This document shows positions 1 through 9,584 of a stretch of 64,000 nucleotides of DNA, in pieces (within the stretch, counting starts at the first letter, position 1; each line of letters begins with the position of its first letter). Source of the DNA: Candidatus Latescibacterota bacterium (GTDB taxonomy: Bacteria; Latescibacterota; UBA2968). The position numbers and the translations under genes were made by a program. The DNA is taken from contig OZ240241.1 of the NCBI GenBank assembly GCA_965198115.1, forward strand, positions 4,096,001 through 4,160,000, written 5' to 3'. The notes beneath the pieces are model-generated. The model worked only from the letters and a program-made list of their open reading frames with translations, had not been told where the DNA came from and ran no database searches.

Positions 1-119
1 ACCTCGGCCGAGTAACGCTCGATACGGCCTACGACGACGCCCTGGCGGCACCCCTGCCGTCCGCGCTTGACCGTTTCGACTCAACCGGAGAACCAGCGGG
101 AAATGTCCCAAACGACTGA
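1..119 (+). CDS. 3' end of an unidentified CDS entering from the left edge (partial)
   Basis: Frame starting at nt 3 is open (LGRVTLDTAYDDALAAPLP...) to TGA 117-119 and overlaps the next start codon. Too short to identify. Confidence 0.3.
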   Translation, partial: LGRVTLDTAYDDALAAPLPSALDRFDSTGEPAGNVPND

Positions 120-474
120 CACTGCCAGGGCATCGATCGTCGATTTCGCAAAAGTCGCCGGTGTCGACTGCCCCTGCGGCATCGCGCGACGCGCGTTCGA
201 GGAAGCATCGGGTGGCGCCTTCACCCTCCATACGACCACCATCACGACCGAAGCCCAAACCCACTATCACAAGCAGCTGACAGAGGTCTACTACGTCCTC
301 GATGGCGAAGGCCAGATCGAGCTCGACGGAGAACGGCAACCCGTGCATCCTGGCGTGGGGATCCACATTCCACCCGGAATCCGGCACCGCGCGGTCGTCG
401 AAAAAGGCACCGAAATGACCGTTGCCATCTTTGTAACCCCTGCGTTCGATCCGTCGGACGAATGGTTCGACTGA
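103..474 (+). CDS. Cupin-domain protein (Cupin_2 / mannose-6-phosphate isomerase-like)
   Basis: Cupin motifs HYHKQLTEVYYVLDGEG and IPPGIRH; N-terminal CPCG. ATG at 103 preferred over TTG at 67. Confidence 0.85.
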   Translation: MSQTTDTARASIVDFAKVAGVDCPCGIARRAFEEASGGAFTLHTTTITTEAQTHYHKQLTEVYYVLDGEGQIELDGERQPVHPGVGIHIPPGIRHRAVVEKGTEMTVAIFVTPAFDPSDEWFD

Positions 475-487
475 CATCGGAGATTGA

Positions 488-988
488 ATGGACGGCGAAG
501 CGAAAAAGACAGCGTTGAGGATGATTCCCTACGGACTCTACGTCCTCACCTCCGAAAGCGAAGGCGAAATCGGTGCCGCCACCGTCAGTTGGGTCACCCA
601 GGCGAGCTTCGCGCCGCCCCTCCTCGTCGTCGGCGTTAAAGCGGATTCCGCCAGTCACGACATCATCAAAACGAGCGGAACCTTCGCGCTCAATATGCTC
701 GCTCAGGAACAGGACGCCATCGCATCCACGTTCATCAGAGAGACGCAGGTCGAGAACGGAGCGATCAGCGGGGAACCGTATCACAGCGGCTCGACAGGCG
801 TGCCCGTCCTGTCCAATGCCACGGCCGTCCTCGAATGCCGCCTCGTCGACACGGTAGAAAAGGGAGATCATTCCGTATTCGTCGGGGAGGTCGTCGACGC
901 CTCCGTATCGAATGAGCCCGATGGCCGTCCCGACGATTCAACGCTCAGAGTCAAACACCTCGGCGAAAAGGTATTTTACGGAGGCTAA
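488..988 (+). CDS. Flavin reductase family protein (FMN-binding split barrel)
   Basis: IPYGLYVLT, SWVTQASFAPP and GDHSVFVGEV motifs; GGAG RBS upstream. Confidence 0.9.
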   Translation: MDGEAKKTALRMIPYGLYVLTSESEGEIGAATVSWVTQASFAPPLLVVGVKADSASHDIIKTSGTFALNMLAQEQDAIASTFIRETQVENGAISGEPYHSGSTGVPVLSNATAVLECRLVDTVEKGDHSVFVGEVVDASVSNEPDGRPDDSTLRVKHLGEKVFYGG

Positions 989-1020
989 TGATTGAAGCCT
1001 ACCTCGCTTAGGCGTTTACC

Positions 1021-1057
1021 ACCGTCTACCGCCGACCGTCCACCGTCCACCGTCCAC
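1021..1057. repeat. Heptamer tandem array (ACCGTCC-like x5)
   Basis: ACCGTCT ACCGCCG ACCGTCC ACCGTCC ACCGTCC AC. Confidence 0.85.
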
Positions 1058-1072
1058 GAAATTTCTAGCCTA

Positions 1073-2128
1073 ATGATTGACGCAGACGTCCACAACGAGC
1101 TCCCCAAGCTCAAAACACTCCTCCCTTATCTGGGTGAGCAGTGGCAGGTTTACCTGAACGAATCGGCTTTTCGCGGAACCGGAGCGGCCGACTACCCCGA
1201 TAAATCCCCCGTCGCCTCACGGGAGGACGCACGACCCGATTCCGGACCACCCGGGTCCGACATCGACCTCCTTCGCAAACACGTCTTCGACGACGGGGGC
1301 GCCGACCTCGCCATTCTCAACTGCGGCTTCCGTGCGGGAAGCGTCCACAATCAAGATCTGGCGGCAGACCTTGCCACGGCCGTCAACGACTGGCAGGTGG
1401 AGCAGTGGCTGAACACCGACGACAGATTCCGGGCATCCATCATCGTCGCCAATCAGAATCCCGTTCGGGCTGCCGCCGAGATCGACCGAATCGGATCGCA
1501 CCCAGGATTCATCCAGGTCGTCTTGCCCGTCTGCGGCGATGCCCCCTACGGAAACCTGCGATACGATCCCGTTTTCGACGCAGCGACTCGCCACGACCTG
1601 GCTATTCTGATTGCCTTTGGAGGCGCATCAGGCTTTCCTCCAACTGGGATCGGTTGGCCATCGACCTACGTCGAGGAGTATGTCGATGCAGGGGCCACCT
1701 TCCAATCGCAGATAAACAGCCTTATCTTTGAAGGAGCCTTCGATCGGTTTCCGACGCTCCGGATCGTCCTCTCCGAAAGCGGGTGGACGTGGATGCCGTC
1801 GTTGATGTGGCGGATGGACAAGGAATGGAAGGGATTGAGGCGTGACACGCCGTGGGTCAAGCGCCCACCCAGCGACTATATGCGTGAACACATCCACCTC
1901 ACCACGGCCCCGACGGACCGACCGTCGGCCGAACGCTCCAACGAGCTGATCGAAATCATCGACTACCTGAATTCAGACAAGATGCTGCTCTTTGCCTCGG
2001 ACTATCCGCATTGGCACGGCGAAGAGCCTATGGCCTGGTTATCGGATTTACCGGAAGATCTGAAGGAACGCATCCTGCACCTCAACGCCGCCGAATTCTA
2101 CGGTTTGGAAGTCTCAGCCACAGCTTGA
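1073..2128 (+). CDS. Amidohydrolase-fold protein (Amidohydro_2), paralogue 1, with a partly degenerate metal site
   Basis: IDADVH, LSESGWTW and FASDYPHWH motifs. ATG at 1073 chosen because the longer ORF start runs through the heptamer repeat. Confidence 0.85.
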   Translation: MIDADVHNELPKLKTLLPYLGEQWQVYLNESAFRGTGAADYPDKSPVASREDARPDSGPPGSDIDLLRKHVFDDGGADLAILNCGFRAGSVHNQDLAADLATAVNDWQVEQWLNTDDRFRASIIVANQNPVRAAAEIDRIGSHPGFIQVVLPVCGDAPYGNLRYDPVFDAATRHDLAILIAFGGASGFPPTGIGWPSTYVEEYVDAGATFQSQINSLIFEGAFDRFPTLRIVLSESGWTWMPSLMWRMDKEWKGLRRDTPWVKRPPSDYMREHIHLTTAPTDRPSAERSNELIEIIDYLNSDKMLLFASDYPHWHGEEPMAWLSDLPEDLKERILHLNAAEFYGLEVSATA

Positions 2129-2169
2129 GACACCATCCTCGCGTCGAAAGGACCACCCAGGAGCCACCT

Positions 2170-3288
2170 ATGTCTACACTCGCGCCAGCGCCACCCCAAG
2201 TCCAGACTCAGATCCCGGATGCCGGATCCCGGATCACGGATCACGCACGCATCGACTGTGACATCCACAACGCCATCCAGTCCGATGACACGATTCGAAA
2301 GTATCTCGCCCCCCGATGGCGAAAGCATCACGAGATCTACGGCATCCGCAACTTCACGGGGTGCTATTACCCCCGCGCGGTGCCTAACGCGGCACGTCAC
2401 GATAGCTGGCCGCCATCGGGCCTGCCTCCGGGCGGCGATCTTGCTTTTATGCAAGAACAGCTGTTGGATGAGTGGGGTTTCGAATACGGGATTCTCAACT
2501 GCCTAACCGGTAGTGGGGGTGCACGCAACCTCGAGTTCAGCGCAGCTTTTGCCTCGGCCGTGAATGAGTGGCAGATCGCCGAATGGCTCGAACCCGAACC
2601 CAGACTCCGCGCCTCTCTGGTCCTGCCCTACGAGGTCGGGGACCTCGCTGCCGAAGAGATTCATCGAACAGGCGATCACCCGGGTTTCGTCCAGGTCATC
2701 TTCGCCGCCCGAACCAGCGAGCCGATGGGTCGGCGCAAGTACTGGCCCATCTACGAGGCGGCCTGCGAGCACAATCTCCCGATCGGCATCCATTTCGGCG
2801 GCGCCGGCGGCCACCCCATCACCGGAAGCGGCTGGCCGTCGCACTACATCGAAGACCACGGCGGAATGTCCCAGGCGTTCCAGCCGCAGATTACGAGCTT
2901 CGTGATGGAAGGTGTCTTCGAGCGGTTCCCTGAATTGAAGATCGTCCTGATCGAGGGAGGCTTTGCCTGGCTGCCACCGCTGATGTGGCGACTCGACAGA
3001 AGCTGGGAGCTGATGCGTAGCGAAGTCCCCGACGTCAAGCGCCCGCCTTCAGAGTATATTCGCGAACACTTTTGGACAACGACGCAGCCTGTCGAAGAGC
3101 CAGAGCGCCCAGAGCACTTCCATCAGCTCCTGCGTCAAATGGATATGTACGATCGTCTGATGTTCGCGACGGACTACCCTCATTGGGACTTTGACGCGCC
3201 CACGTCGGCCCTCCCGAACGACCTCGACGACGATCTTAGAAAAAGTATCCTCGCCGGCAACGCTAAAAAGCTCTACAGCCTGTCATAA
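2170..3288 (+). CDS. Amidohydrolase-fold protein (Amidohydro_2), paralogue 2, with an apparently complete metal-ligand set
   Basis: IDCDIH, IGIHFGG, LIEGGFAW and FATDYPHWD motifs; AGGAG RBS before ATG 2170. Confidence 0.88.
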   Translation: MSTLAPAPPQVQTQIPDAGSRITDHARIDCDIHNAIQSDDTIRKYLAPRWRKHHEIYGIRNFTGCYYPRAVPNAARHDSWPPSGLPPGGDLAFMQEQLLDEWGFEYGILNCLTGSGGARNLEFSAAFASAVNEWQIAEWLEPEPRLRASLVLPYEVGDLAAEEIHRTGDHPGFVQVIFAARTSEPMGRRKYWPIYEAACEHNLPIGIHFGGAGGHPITGSGWPSHYIEDHGGMSQAFQPQITSFVMEGVFERFPELKIVLIEGGFAWLPPLMWRLDRSWELMRSEVPDVKRPPSEYIREHFWTTTQPVEEPERPEHFHQLLRQMDMYDRLMFATDYPHWDFDAPTSALPNDLDDDLRKSILAGNAKKLYSLS

Positions 3289-3308
3289 CCAGTAAGGTGC
3301 GACCCGCG

Positions 3309-3332
3309 CCTGTCCTGAGCGCAGTCGAAGGG
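3309..3332. repeat. REP-like element, CCTGTCCTGAG...CGAAGGG family
   Basis: CCTGTCCTGAGCGCAGTCGAAGGG; related copies at 7207-7245 (reverse), 10894-10932 and 55331-55350. Confidence 0.75.
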
Positions 3333-3350
3333 TGTCGCACCGACCGCATT

Positions 3351-3800
3351 ATGCCCAAACACATCATCGGGACAGTGAGCGAAATCCCACCGGGCGAGCG
3401 CAAAATCGTCGACATCAGCGGCAGGTCGATCGGCGTCTACAACGTCGCGGGCGAGTTCTTCGCGGTGCGTAACCGGTGTCCCCACCAGGGCGGTCCCCTC
3501 TGCGAAGGTCGCACCGTCGGGTTTCTGAAGTGCGACAAACCCGGGGGTCCTTACGAGTATCTCCGCAAGGGCGAGATGCTACGCTGCCCGTGGCACGGAT
3601 GGGAATACGACATCAAGACCGGTCAATCGTGGGTCGATCCCGCGAGTGTACGGGTCCGAAGCTACAACGTCGGCGTCGAACCCATCGAAGAGGCCGACCT
3701 CGAAATCGACTCCGAAACCGGCTACGCCAAGGGTCCCTTCCTCGCAGAAACGTATCCCGTCAGCATCGAGAAGTTGAACGTCGTCATCGAACTTGCTTGA
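3351..3800 (+). CDS. Rieske [2Fe-2S] ferredoxin
   Basis: CPHQGG ... CPWHGW Rieske boxes; ATG at 3351. Confidence 0.92.
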   Translation: MPKHIIGTVSEIPPGERKIVDISGRSIGVYNVAGEFFAVRNRCPHQGGPLCEGRTVGFLKCDKPGGPYEYLRKGEMLRCPWHGWEYDIKTGQSWVDPASVRVRSYNVGVEPIEEADLEIDSETGYAKGPFLAETYPVSIEKLNVVIELA

Positions 3801-3822
3801 AGACTGGCAGAGCCCTCCTCGC

Positions 3823-3851
3823 TTGACCCTCCTGAACCGCAAGGCTAACTT
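3823..3851 (+). promoter_or_regulatory. Putative sigma70 promoter
   Basis: TTGACC-N17-TAACTT upstream of the cupin/mnmA run. Confidence 0.45.
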
Positions 3852-3933
3852 TTCCATCGACCCAATTCGTGGTTTATTATCTTGCCGGCACACGCGAGGT
3901 GTCGAGCTCTTCCTGGTCACTTGTGAGGTGTGA

Positions 3934-4326
3934 ATGCCCGTCGTCAGAACAACAGAAGGATCGATGAGAACCGGCAACCGTCCTGACTGGTGCGCCGTCA
4001 CGAGCGCTGGGGTCTTTCGCGTGTCGACGGAGGGAGGGCGATTCGACTGTCACTACCACGATTGCGACGAATACTGGCTCATCTTCAAGGGCAAAGCGAA
4101 GGTGATGTCGGAGGGCGTCGAATACTACGCCAAGCCGGGCGACATCGTGTGCACCAAGACGGGTGACGAGCACGATGTGCTCGAAATCTACGAGGACATA
4201 GAAGCCTTCTATTTCGAGGACGCGACCCCCGAAGGCGGCCGCACAGGTCACCTCCACCGCGACGAGACAAAATCAAAGGGTCACCAGGTCCCGCATAGAC
4301 CCTTGCCTCCCGACTTCCCGGCGTGA
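3934..4326 (+). CDS. Small cupin-domain protein
   Basis: HYHDCDEYWLIFKG ... PGDIVCTKTGDEH cupin motifs; GAGGTG RBS. Confidence 0.8.
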   Translation: MPVVRTTEGSMRTGNRPDWCAVTSAGVFRVSTEGGRFDCHYHDCDEYWLIFKGKAKVMSEGVEYYAKPGDIVCTKTGDEHDVLEIYEDIEAFYFEDATPEGGRTGHLHRDETKSKGHQVPHRPLPPDFPA

Positions 4327-4335
4327 CCACGCTCC

Positions 4336-4366
4336 AATCCCCCATTCTCGATTCTCGATTTTCGAT
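4336..4366. repeat. Heptamer tandem array (GATTCTC-like)
   Basis: AATCCCC CATTCTC GATTCTC GATTTTC GAT immediately upstream of mnmA. Confidence 0.7.
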
Positions 4367-4371
4367 CTGAA

Positions 4372-5418
4372 ATGTCCACCGCCGTCCTTCTATCCGGCGG
4401 GGTCGACAGCTCCGTAGCCCTCCATCTCGCAAGACACGAAGATCCCGATACAACGGCGTTCTACCTCAAGATCTGGCTCGAGGACGAGCTTGCTCACATC
4501 GGCGACTGTCCCTGGGAAGAGGACCTCGCATTCGCCCGTGCAGTCTGTGACCAGATCGGTATTCCACTCGAAATCGTCCCGCTGCAAACCGAGTACCTCG
4601 ATCGTGTCGTCACCCTCGCCGTTTCCGAACTCAGGGCGGGCCGCACGCCCAGTCCCGACATTTTTTGTAATCAGCGCATCAAGTTCGGTGCGTTCGTCGA
4701 CGTTGTCGGCCACGCCTTCGACCGCGTCGTGTCGGGTCACTACGCCACCGTCGAGCGTGGGGATTCCTCCGCCCGGCTGAAGCGGTCACCCGACCCGGTC
4801 AAGGACCAGACCTATTTTCTCTGCAACCTCAATCAGGACCAGATCCGAAGAGCCGAATTCCCGATCGGCCACCTCACGAAGGACGCCGTGCGTCGCCAGG
4901 CCGCCGACCTCGACCTTCCCAACCGCGACCGCAAGGACAGCCAGGGTATCTGTTTCCTGGGCAAGATCCGCTATCCCGACTTTGTCCGATTCCACCTCGG
5001 AGAACAACGCGGAGACATCGTAGACATCGACACGCACGAAGTCCTCGGCTCGCACCAAGGATTCTGGTTCCACACCATCGGTCAACGCCAGGGGCTCGGA
5101 CTGGGTGGTGGTCCCTGGTATGTGGTCGAAAAGGATGTCGAAGCCAACGTCGTCTTTGTCTCCCACCAGGAACGACGGGAAAATCGACTGCGCGACACGT
5201 TCACAGTGCAGGAACCCAACTGGATCGCGGAACCCCCGGATGGATCCTCTCTCTCAACGAAATTGCGTCACGGTCCCGAGCTTACGCCCTGCACACTTGA
5301 ACCTGCGGACGGCGACTATCGTGTTACGCTCGCACGGCCAGACGGGGGCATCGCCCCCGGCCAGTGGGCCGTCTTCTACGACGGCGAGTACTGTCTCGGT
5401 GGCGGCATCATCTCGTGA
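4372..5418 (+). CDS. mnmA: tRNA-specific 2-thiouridylase MnmA
   Basis: SGGVDS PP-loop, TPSPDIFCNQRIKFG, KDQTYFL, DSQGICFLG, TIGQRQGL and APGQWAVFY motifs. Confidence 0.97.
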   Translation: MSTAVLLSGGVDSSVALHLARHEDPDTTAFYLKIWLEDELAHIGDCPWEEDLAFARAVCDQIGIPLEIVPLQTEYLDRVVTLAVSELRAGRTPSPDIFCNQRIKFGAFVDVVGHAFDRVVSGHYATVERGDSSARLKRSPDPVKDQTYFLCNLNQDQIRRAEFPIGHLTKDAVRRQAADLDLPNRDRKDSQGICFLGKIRYPDFVRFHLGEQRGDIVDIDTHEVLGSHQGFWFHTIGQRQGLGLGGGPWYVVEKDVEANVVFVSHQERRENRLRDTFTVQEPNWIAEPPDGSSLSTKLRHGPELTPCTLEPADGDYRVTLARPDGGIAPGQWAVFYDGEYCLGGGIIS

Positions 5419-5924
5419 ACGGCTCTCGCTATTGGATAGAAAGTCTCGACCTGCGCCCTCATCCCGAGGGCGGCCACTATCGCGAAACGTATCGCTCCGT
5501 TGAGCGCCTCCATCCGTCCGCTCTGCCTGCCCGCTTCGATGGGGACCGGTCCTTCGCGACGTCGATCTACTTCCTGCTCGAAACCGGGCAGATCTCAGCT
5601 TTCCACCGCATTGCTTCCGACGAGATCTGGTGTTTTCATACCGGGGCGCCGATCAGAATCGAGCAGCTGAACGCGGACGGCTCAAGGACCTCCACATTAC
5701 TCGGTCCCCAAGCCGAGCAAGTGTTCCAGTGCGTGATTCCAGCCGGCACGTGGTTCGGCGCATACGTGGAGGCCGATAGGGGCTACAGCCTGGTCACCTG
5801 TGTCGTCTCTCCCGGATTCGATTTCGCGGATTTCGAACTCGCCGATCGGGAGAAACTGGCCCGTACCTACCCTGACCATTTGGCATTGATCAAGCAACTG
5901 ACGCACGAGACGGGAGCCCAATGA
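5415..5924 (+). CDS. Cupin_5 (DUF985) family protein
   Basis: LRPHPEGGHYRETYRS, TSIYFLL, SDEIWCFHTG and VSPGFDFADFEL motifs; GTG start overlaps the mnmA stop. Confidence 0.9.
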   Translation: MNGSRYWIESLDLRPHPEGGHYRETYRSVERLHPSALPARFDGDRSFATSIYFLLETGQISAFHRIASDEIWCFHTGAPIRIEQLNADGSRTSTLLGPQAEQVFQCVIPAGTWFGAYVEADRGYSLVTCVVSPGFDFADFELADREKLARTYPDHLALIKQLTHETGAQ

Positions 5925-7188
5925 AAGAGGTCAAAGTCACGATCAACGGAACCGGTTTCGCAGGCGACTACACGGCGCAGGTCTACGGAATGATCCCGCA
6001 CAAAAACGGCATCGAAATCGACCTCGCCGGTGTCTGCTCGGGCCATATTGAAAACGCGGAAGCCTTCGCGAAGAAACACGGCATCCGTGACGCCTATGCC
6101 GAACACAACACGATGGTCGAGACCGTCAGACCCGACATCGACAACATCGCCTGTGCCAACTTCACCCACGGTCAATACGCGATGGAAGCGGCTCGGGCGG
6201 GCACGAAAGTCATCGTCCTCGAGAAACCGCCCGTGATCTGGCCGGGCCACGTCGAAGGGCGCGATGCCGACGGGGAAACCAAAAAGCAAGAATCGATGGA
6301 CTATCTTGGGCAGGTTCTCGACGTCGTTCGCGAAGGTGGCAGCAAGCTTCTTTACGCGGAGGACTTCGTCTACTTCGATGGGGTCCGCGGACTCGTCGAA
6401 GTGATGGTTCAGGCAAGCCAGCGGAACAAAGGGAAGGTCCTCTACCAGCGCGGGTTCTGCGCGCACCAGGGATCGCACGCCCCCGCCTACGACACGTCGT
6501 CCAAATCGGGTGGCGGAGCCCTCTTCAACAAGGCCTGTCATCCCCTCGGGCCCGTCCTCTACATCAAACAGGTAGAGGGACTCCTCTCAGGTGGAGCACC
6601 CATTCGGCCCAAGCGAATCTCGGCCGTCGCGCTCCAGGTCCTCAAACACCAGCCCGAATCGGCCGGCGAGCACTTTCGCGTGATGCAGAACGTCGACGAC
6701 TTCGGACGTGTCACCATCGTCTTCGACGACAACACCGTTGCCGAGGTACTTGGCTACGACCTCAGCATCAGCGGAATCAAAAACGAGCTCTCCATTATCG
6801 CCGACTTCGGGCAGTATGACATTCGTGTCAACCCGAACAACGCGAATGAGATCTTCCTGCCTTCTGCCCATCCATCCGGCGACATCCTGTTTCGCGAAAA
6901 GCTACCCACCGCCGAAGGCACGTCCTTCCCGATGCCCAACCAGTTTCACGCGCACGGTTACGTCAACGAAATGAACGACGCCGTCGACTGCGTGATCTCG
7001 GAGGACCGCTATCCTCAATCCGGCGCAATGATGGCCTGGGACACGATGGCCGTCCTGATGGCAGCCTACGAATCGAGCGAAAAGGACGCCGTCTTCATCG
7101 ACATCTCAGACATCACCCAAGCGCGTTCGTTCACGGCTGATGACTGCCGACGCCCCAACATTTTGTCGGCGTCTTCCAGAAGCAGTGA
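5921..7188 (+). CDS. Gfo/Idh/MocA family oxidoreductase (apparent 1-nt frameshift near 7143)
   Basis: GTGFAG, LEKP and SGGGAL motifs. Adding one base near 7143 gives ...DELPTPQHFVGVFQKQ* with TGA at 7186-7188. The track ORF to 7411 reads through repeat DNA. Confidence 0.8.
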
Positions 7189-7206
7189 GGACAAGTGGAC
7201 GGGGGA

Positions 7207-7245
7207 CCCTTCGATACGCCTGCTTCGCAGGCTACTCAGGGCAGG
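7207..7245. repeat. REP-like element with internal hairpin
   Basis: CCCTTCGATAC-GCCTGCTTCGCAGGC-TACTCAGGGCAGG; reverse-orientation relative of 10894-10932. Confidence 0.75.
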
Positions 7246-7418
7246 CGGGGGACGGTGGCTTTGTTTTTGCTCCGGCGTATCTTGCCGACCGGTGATACAG
7301 AGATTCGGCTTCGTCATAATTACAAGATCTGCTCGATCATCTTCCCGAATAGGGTCTCGAACCCCGGACGCACGCCAATCTGTGTGCATCTGTGGTTCCT
7401 GGTATCCTTGATCACTTC

Positions 7419-8363
7419 ATGAAAAAAGTCGCCCTGATCGGGCATCTGGATTTCCAAGAACACGACACCGGATCGGGCCATCCCGAGCGTCCAGCACGGC
7501 TCGCTGCTCTCCACGAAAGGCTCGCGGAGTCGGGTTTGGAAAGCGACCTGACCCGTATCGACCCGATCGCGGTTGACGAAGACTGGCTCCATCGTGGCCA
7601 CGCAGCCGCTCACATCTCAAACGTCCGGAAGCGATGCGAGCAGGGCGCGACGTATATGGAGGATTACGAGACGATGCTCTGTCCCGCCTCCTACGACATC
7701 GCCCGCAAGGCCGTCGGCGCCGCGTTTCAGGGATCGGACGCCATCGTGTCGGGAGCCATAGACCACGCGTTTTGCGCGGTCCGCCCTCCGGGACATCACG
7801 CCGAGTTCGACAGGGCGATGGGGTTCTGTCTGTTCAACACAGTCGTCATCGCCGCACGCTACATCCAGGAAATGCACGGTCTCGAGCGTGTAGCCATCAT
7901 CGACTGGGATGTGCATCACGGAAACGGCACGCAGCACATCTTGGAAACGGACCCATCGGTTTTCTATTTCAGCATTCACCAATACCCGCATTACCCCGGC
8001 ACGGGGGCTGCCGAAGAGCGAGGTCACGGAGCCGGCCAGGGTGCGACACTCAACGTCCCTGTTCCAGCAGGCACGGGCGACGACGACTATTTCAAAGCGT
8101 TCGACGACATTCTGCTCCCCGCAATGGCGGATTTCCAACCTCAGTTCGTCATCGTCTCGGCAGGCTTCGACGCGCACATTCGCGACCCTCTCTCGATGAC
8201 CCGCGTCACCGACGACGGCTTCGCGAAAATGACTGAACAGGTCCTGTCGATAGCCAGAGACCACGCTCAGAATCGGCTTCTCTCCGTCCTCGAAGGCGGC
8301 TACGACCTCGAAGCCCTGGCCTCCAGCGTCGAAACACACCTCAACGTCCTCCTCAGCAGCTGA
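7419..8363 (+). CDS. Histone deacetylase family (Zn-dependent) amidohydrolase
   Basis: HPERPARL, RPPGHHA, GFCLFN, DWDVHHGNGTQ, SAGFDAH and LEGGY motifs. Confidence 0.95.
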   Translation: MKKVALIGHLDFQEHDTGSGHPERPARLAALHERLAESGLESDLTRIDPIAVDEDWLHRGHAAAHISNVRKRCEQGATYMEDYETMLCPASYDIARKAVGAAFQGSDAIVSGAIDHAFCAVRPPGHHAEFDRAMGFCLFNTVVIAARYIQEMHGLERVAIIDWDVHHGNGTQHILETDPSVFYFSIHQYPHYPGTGAAEERGHGAGQGATLNVPVPAGTGDDDYFKAFDDILLPAMADFQPQFVIVSAGFDAHIRDPLSMTRVTDDGFAKMTEQVLSIARDHAQNRLLSVLEGGYDLEALASSVETHLNVLLSS

Positions 8364-8369
8364 GAGACA

Positions 8370-8526
8370 GCCACTGAGGCCGCTGAGGACATTGAGAAGG
8401 CTCACAAGCAATGAAACTGCGCGACCAGATGACGAAGGCTCAGGGGTTTGTCCATTCCCCGAACGCCTCAATCACCACCGGCCGTCGACCGTTCCAACCC
8501 TCAGTGTGCTCCGTGTCCTCAGTGGC
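8370..8526. repeat. MITE-like element bounded by inverted 9-mer arrays
   Basis: Left arm G-CCACTGAGG CCGCTGAGG ACATTGAGA; right arm CCTCAGTGT GCTCCGTGT CCTCAGTGG-C, an imperfect reverse complement of the left arm. Confidence 0.7.
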
Positions 8527-8534
8527 GCCTTTCT

Positions 8535-9401
8535 ATGAGCGCTGAGGACATTATCGTCGCGTTCCAGGGTGAATACGGCGCTTTCAGCGAAATGGCTGCT
8601 CGTTCCTACTTCGGGCAGGACGTCCGGGTCGCGCCACAATCCGACTTCGCCCATCTGTTCCGCGCCGTCGAGGGGAATGAGGCGACGCACGGGATGGTCC
8701 CCATCGAGAACACCCTGATGGGGAGCATTTTCGAGAATTACGATCATCTCTTGAAGCACGATCTCTCCATCATTGGCGAGACCAAGCTCAGGATCGTCCA
8801 CAACCTCATCGTCAACCCCGGCGTGGGGCTCGACGACATCCGGAGAATCCATTCACAGCCGCCTGCGCTCGCCCAATGTCTGGACTTCATCGCCAGCCTG
8901 CCCGATGCCAAAGCCGCCGCCGCACACGACACGGCCGGTGCCGTTCGGGACCTCCGCGATTCCGGCGATCGCAACGCCGCGGCCATCGCCAGCCGTCAAG
9001 CGGCGATCGACTACGACCTCGAGATCTTGAAACAGGGGATCGAAGACAACCACCAGAATTTCACACGATTCGTCGTGGTCGCCCCGGAAGCCACCCAGCC
9101 CGACACACCGGCGAAAACCTCGATCGTTTTCACGCTCCGGCACGAACCCGGATCGCTTTACGCCAGTCTGGGCGCGTTCGCCGACCGAAACATCAATATG
9201 CTCAAAATCGAATCCCGACCGATTGCGGGCAGGCCCTTCGAATACACCTTCTACCTGGATATTTCGGGCGACCAGCGAGACGAACCGTGTCAGCAGGCGC
9301 TGAAAGGACTGGAGTCCCACACCACAACGTTCAAGATCCTAGGATCCTACACGGAAGGGGATATCGTCGAAGGCGAAGTCCGACCGCCCCTGACTTCATA
9401 G
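8535..9401 (+). CDS. pheA: Prephenate dehydratase with C-terminal ACT domain
   Basis: FQGEYGAFS, VPIENTLMGSI, NFTRF and KIESRP motifs; ATG at 8535. Confidence 0.95.
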   Translation: MSAEDIIVAFQGEYGAFSEMAARSYFGQDVRVAPQSDFAHLFRAVEGNEATHGMVPIENTLMGSIFENYDHLLKHDLSIIGETKLRIVHNLIVNPGVGLDDIRRIHSQPPALAQCLDFIASLPDAKAAAAHDTAGAVRDLRDSGDRNAAAIASRQAAIDYDLEILKQGIEDNHQNFTRFVVVAPEATQPDTPAKTSIVFTLRHEPGSLYASLGAFADRNINMLKIESRPIAGRPFEYTFYLDISGDQRDEPCQQALKGLESHTTTFKILGSYTEGDIVEGEVRPPLTS

Positions 9402-9457
9402 CGACCGAGGGAGCGGCTCTTAAAGATCTGCACGATCCGTATCGTTAAAGTGAATAG

Positions 9458-9486
9458 ATTGAGCATTGAGCATTGAGCGATGGAGC
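9458..9486. repeat. Heptamer tandem array (ATTGAGC x3)
   Basis: ATTGAGC ATTGAGC ATTGAGC G ATGGAGC. Confidence 0.8.
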
Positions 9487-9584
9487 GCAGCTTTTGCCAC
9501 GCCTGCTCTCCTGCCCTTAGAGCGGCGGCGCCACGAAGGAGGGCTCGCCTGCTCGGCAGTAGGCAGCGAACTAACAGGTAACCA

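Noticed and set aside
7189-7411. C-terminal extension of the Gfo/Idh/MocA ORF
   Set aside because: Read-through into repeat DNA caused by a probable 1-nt deletion near 7143.
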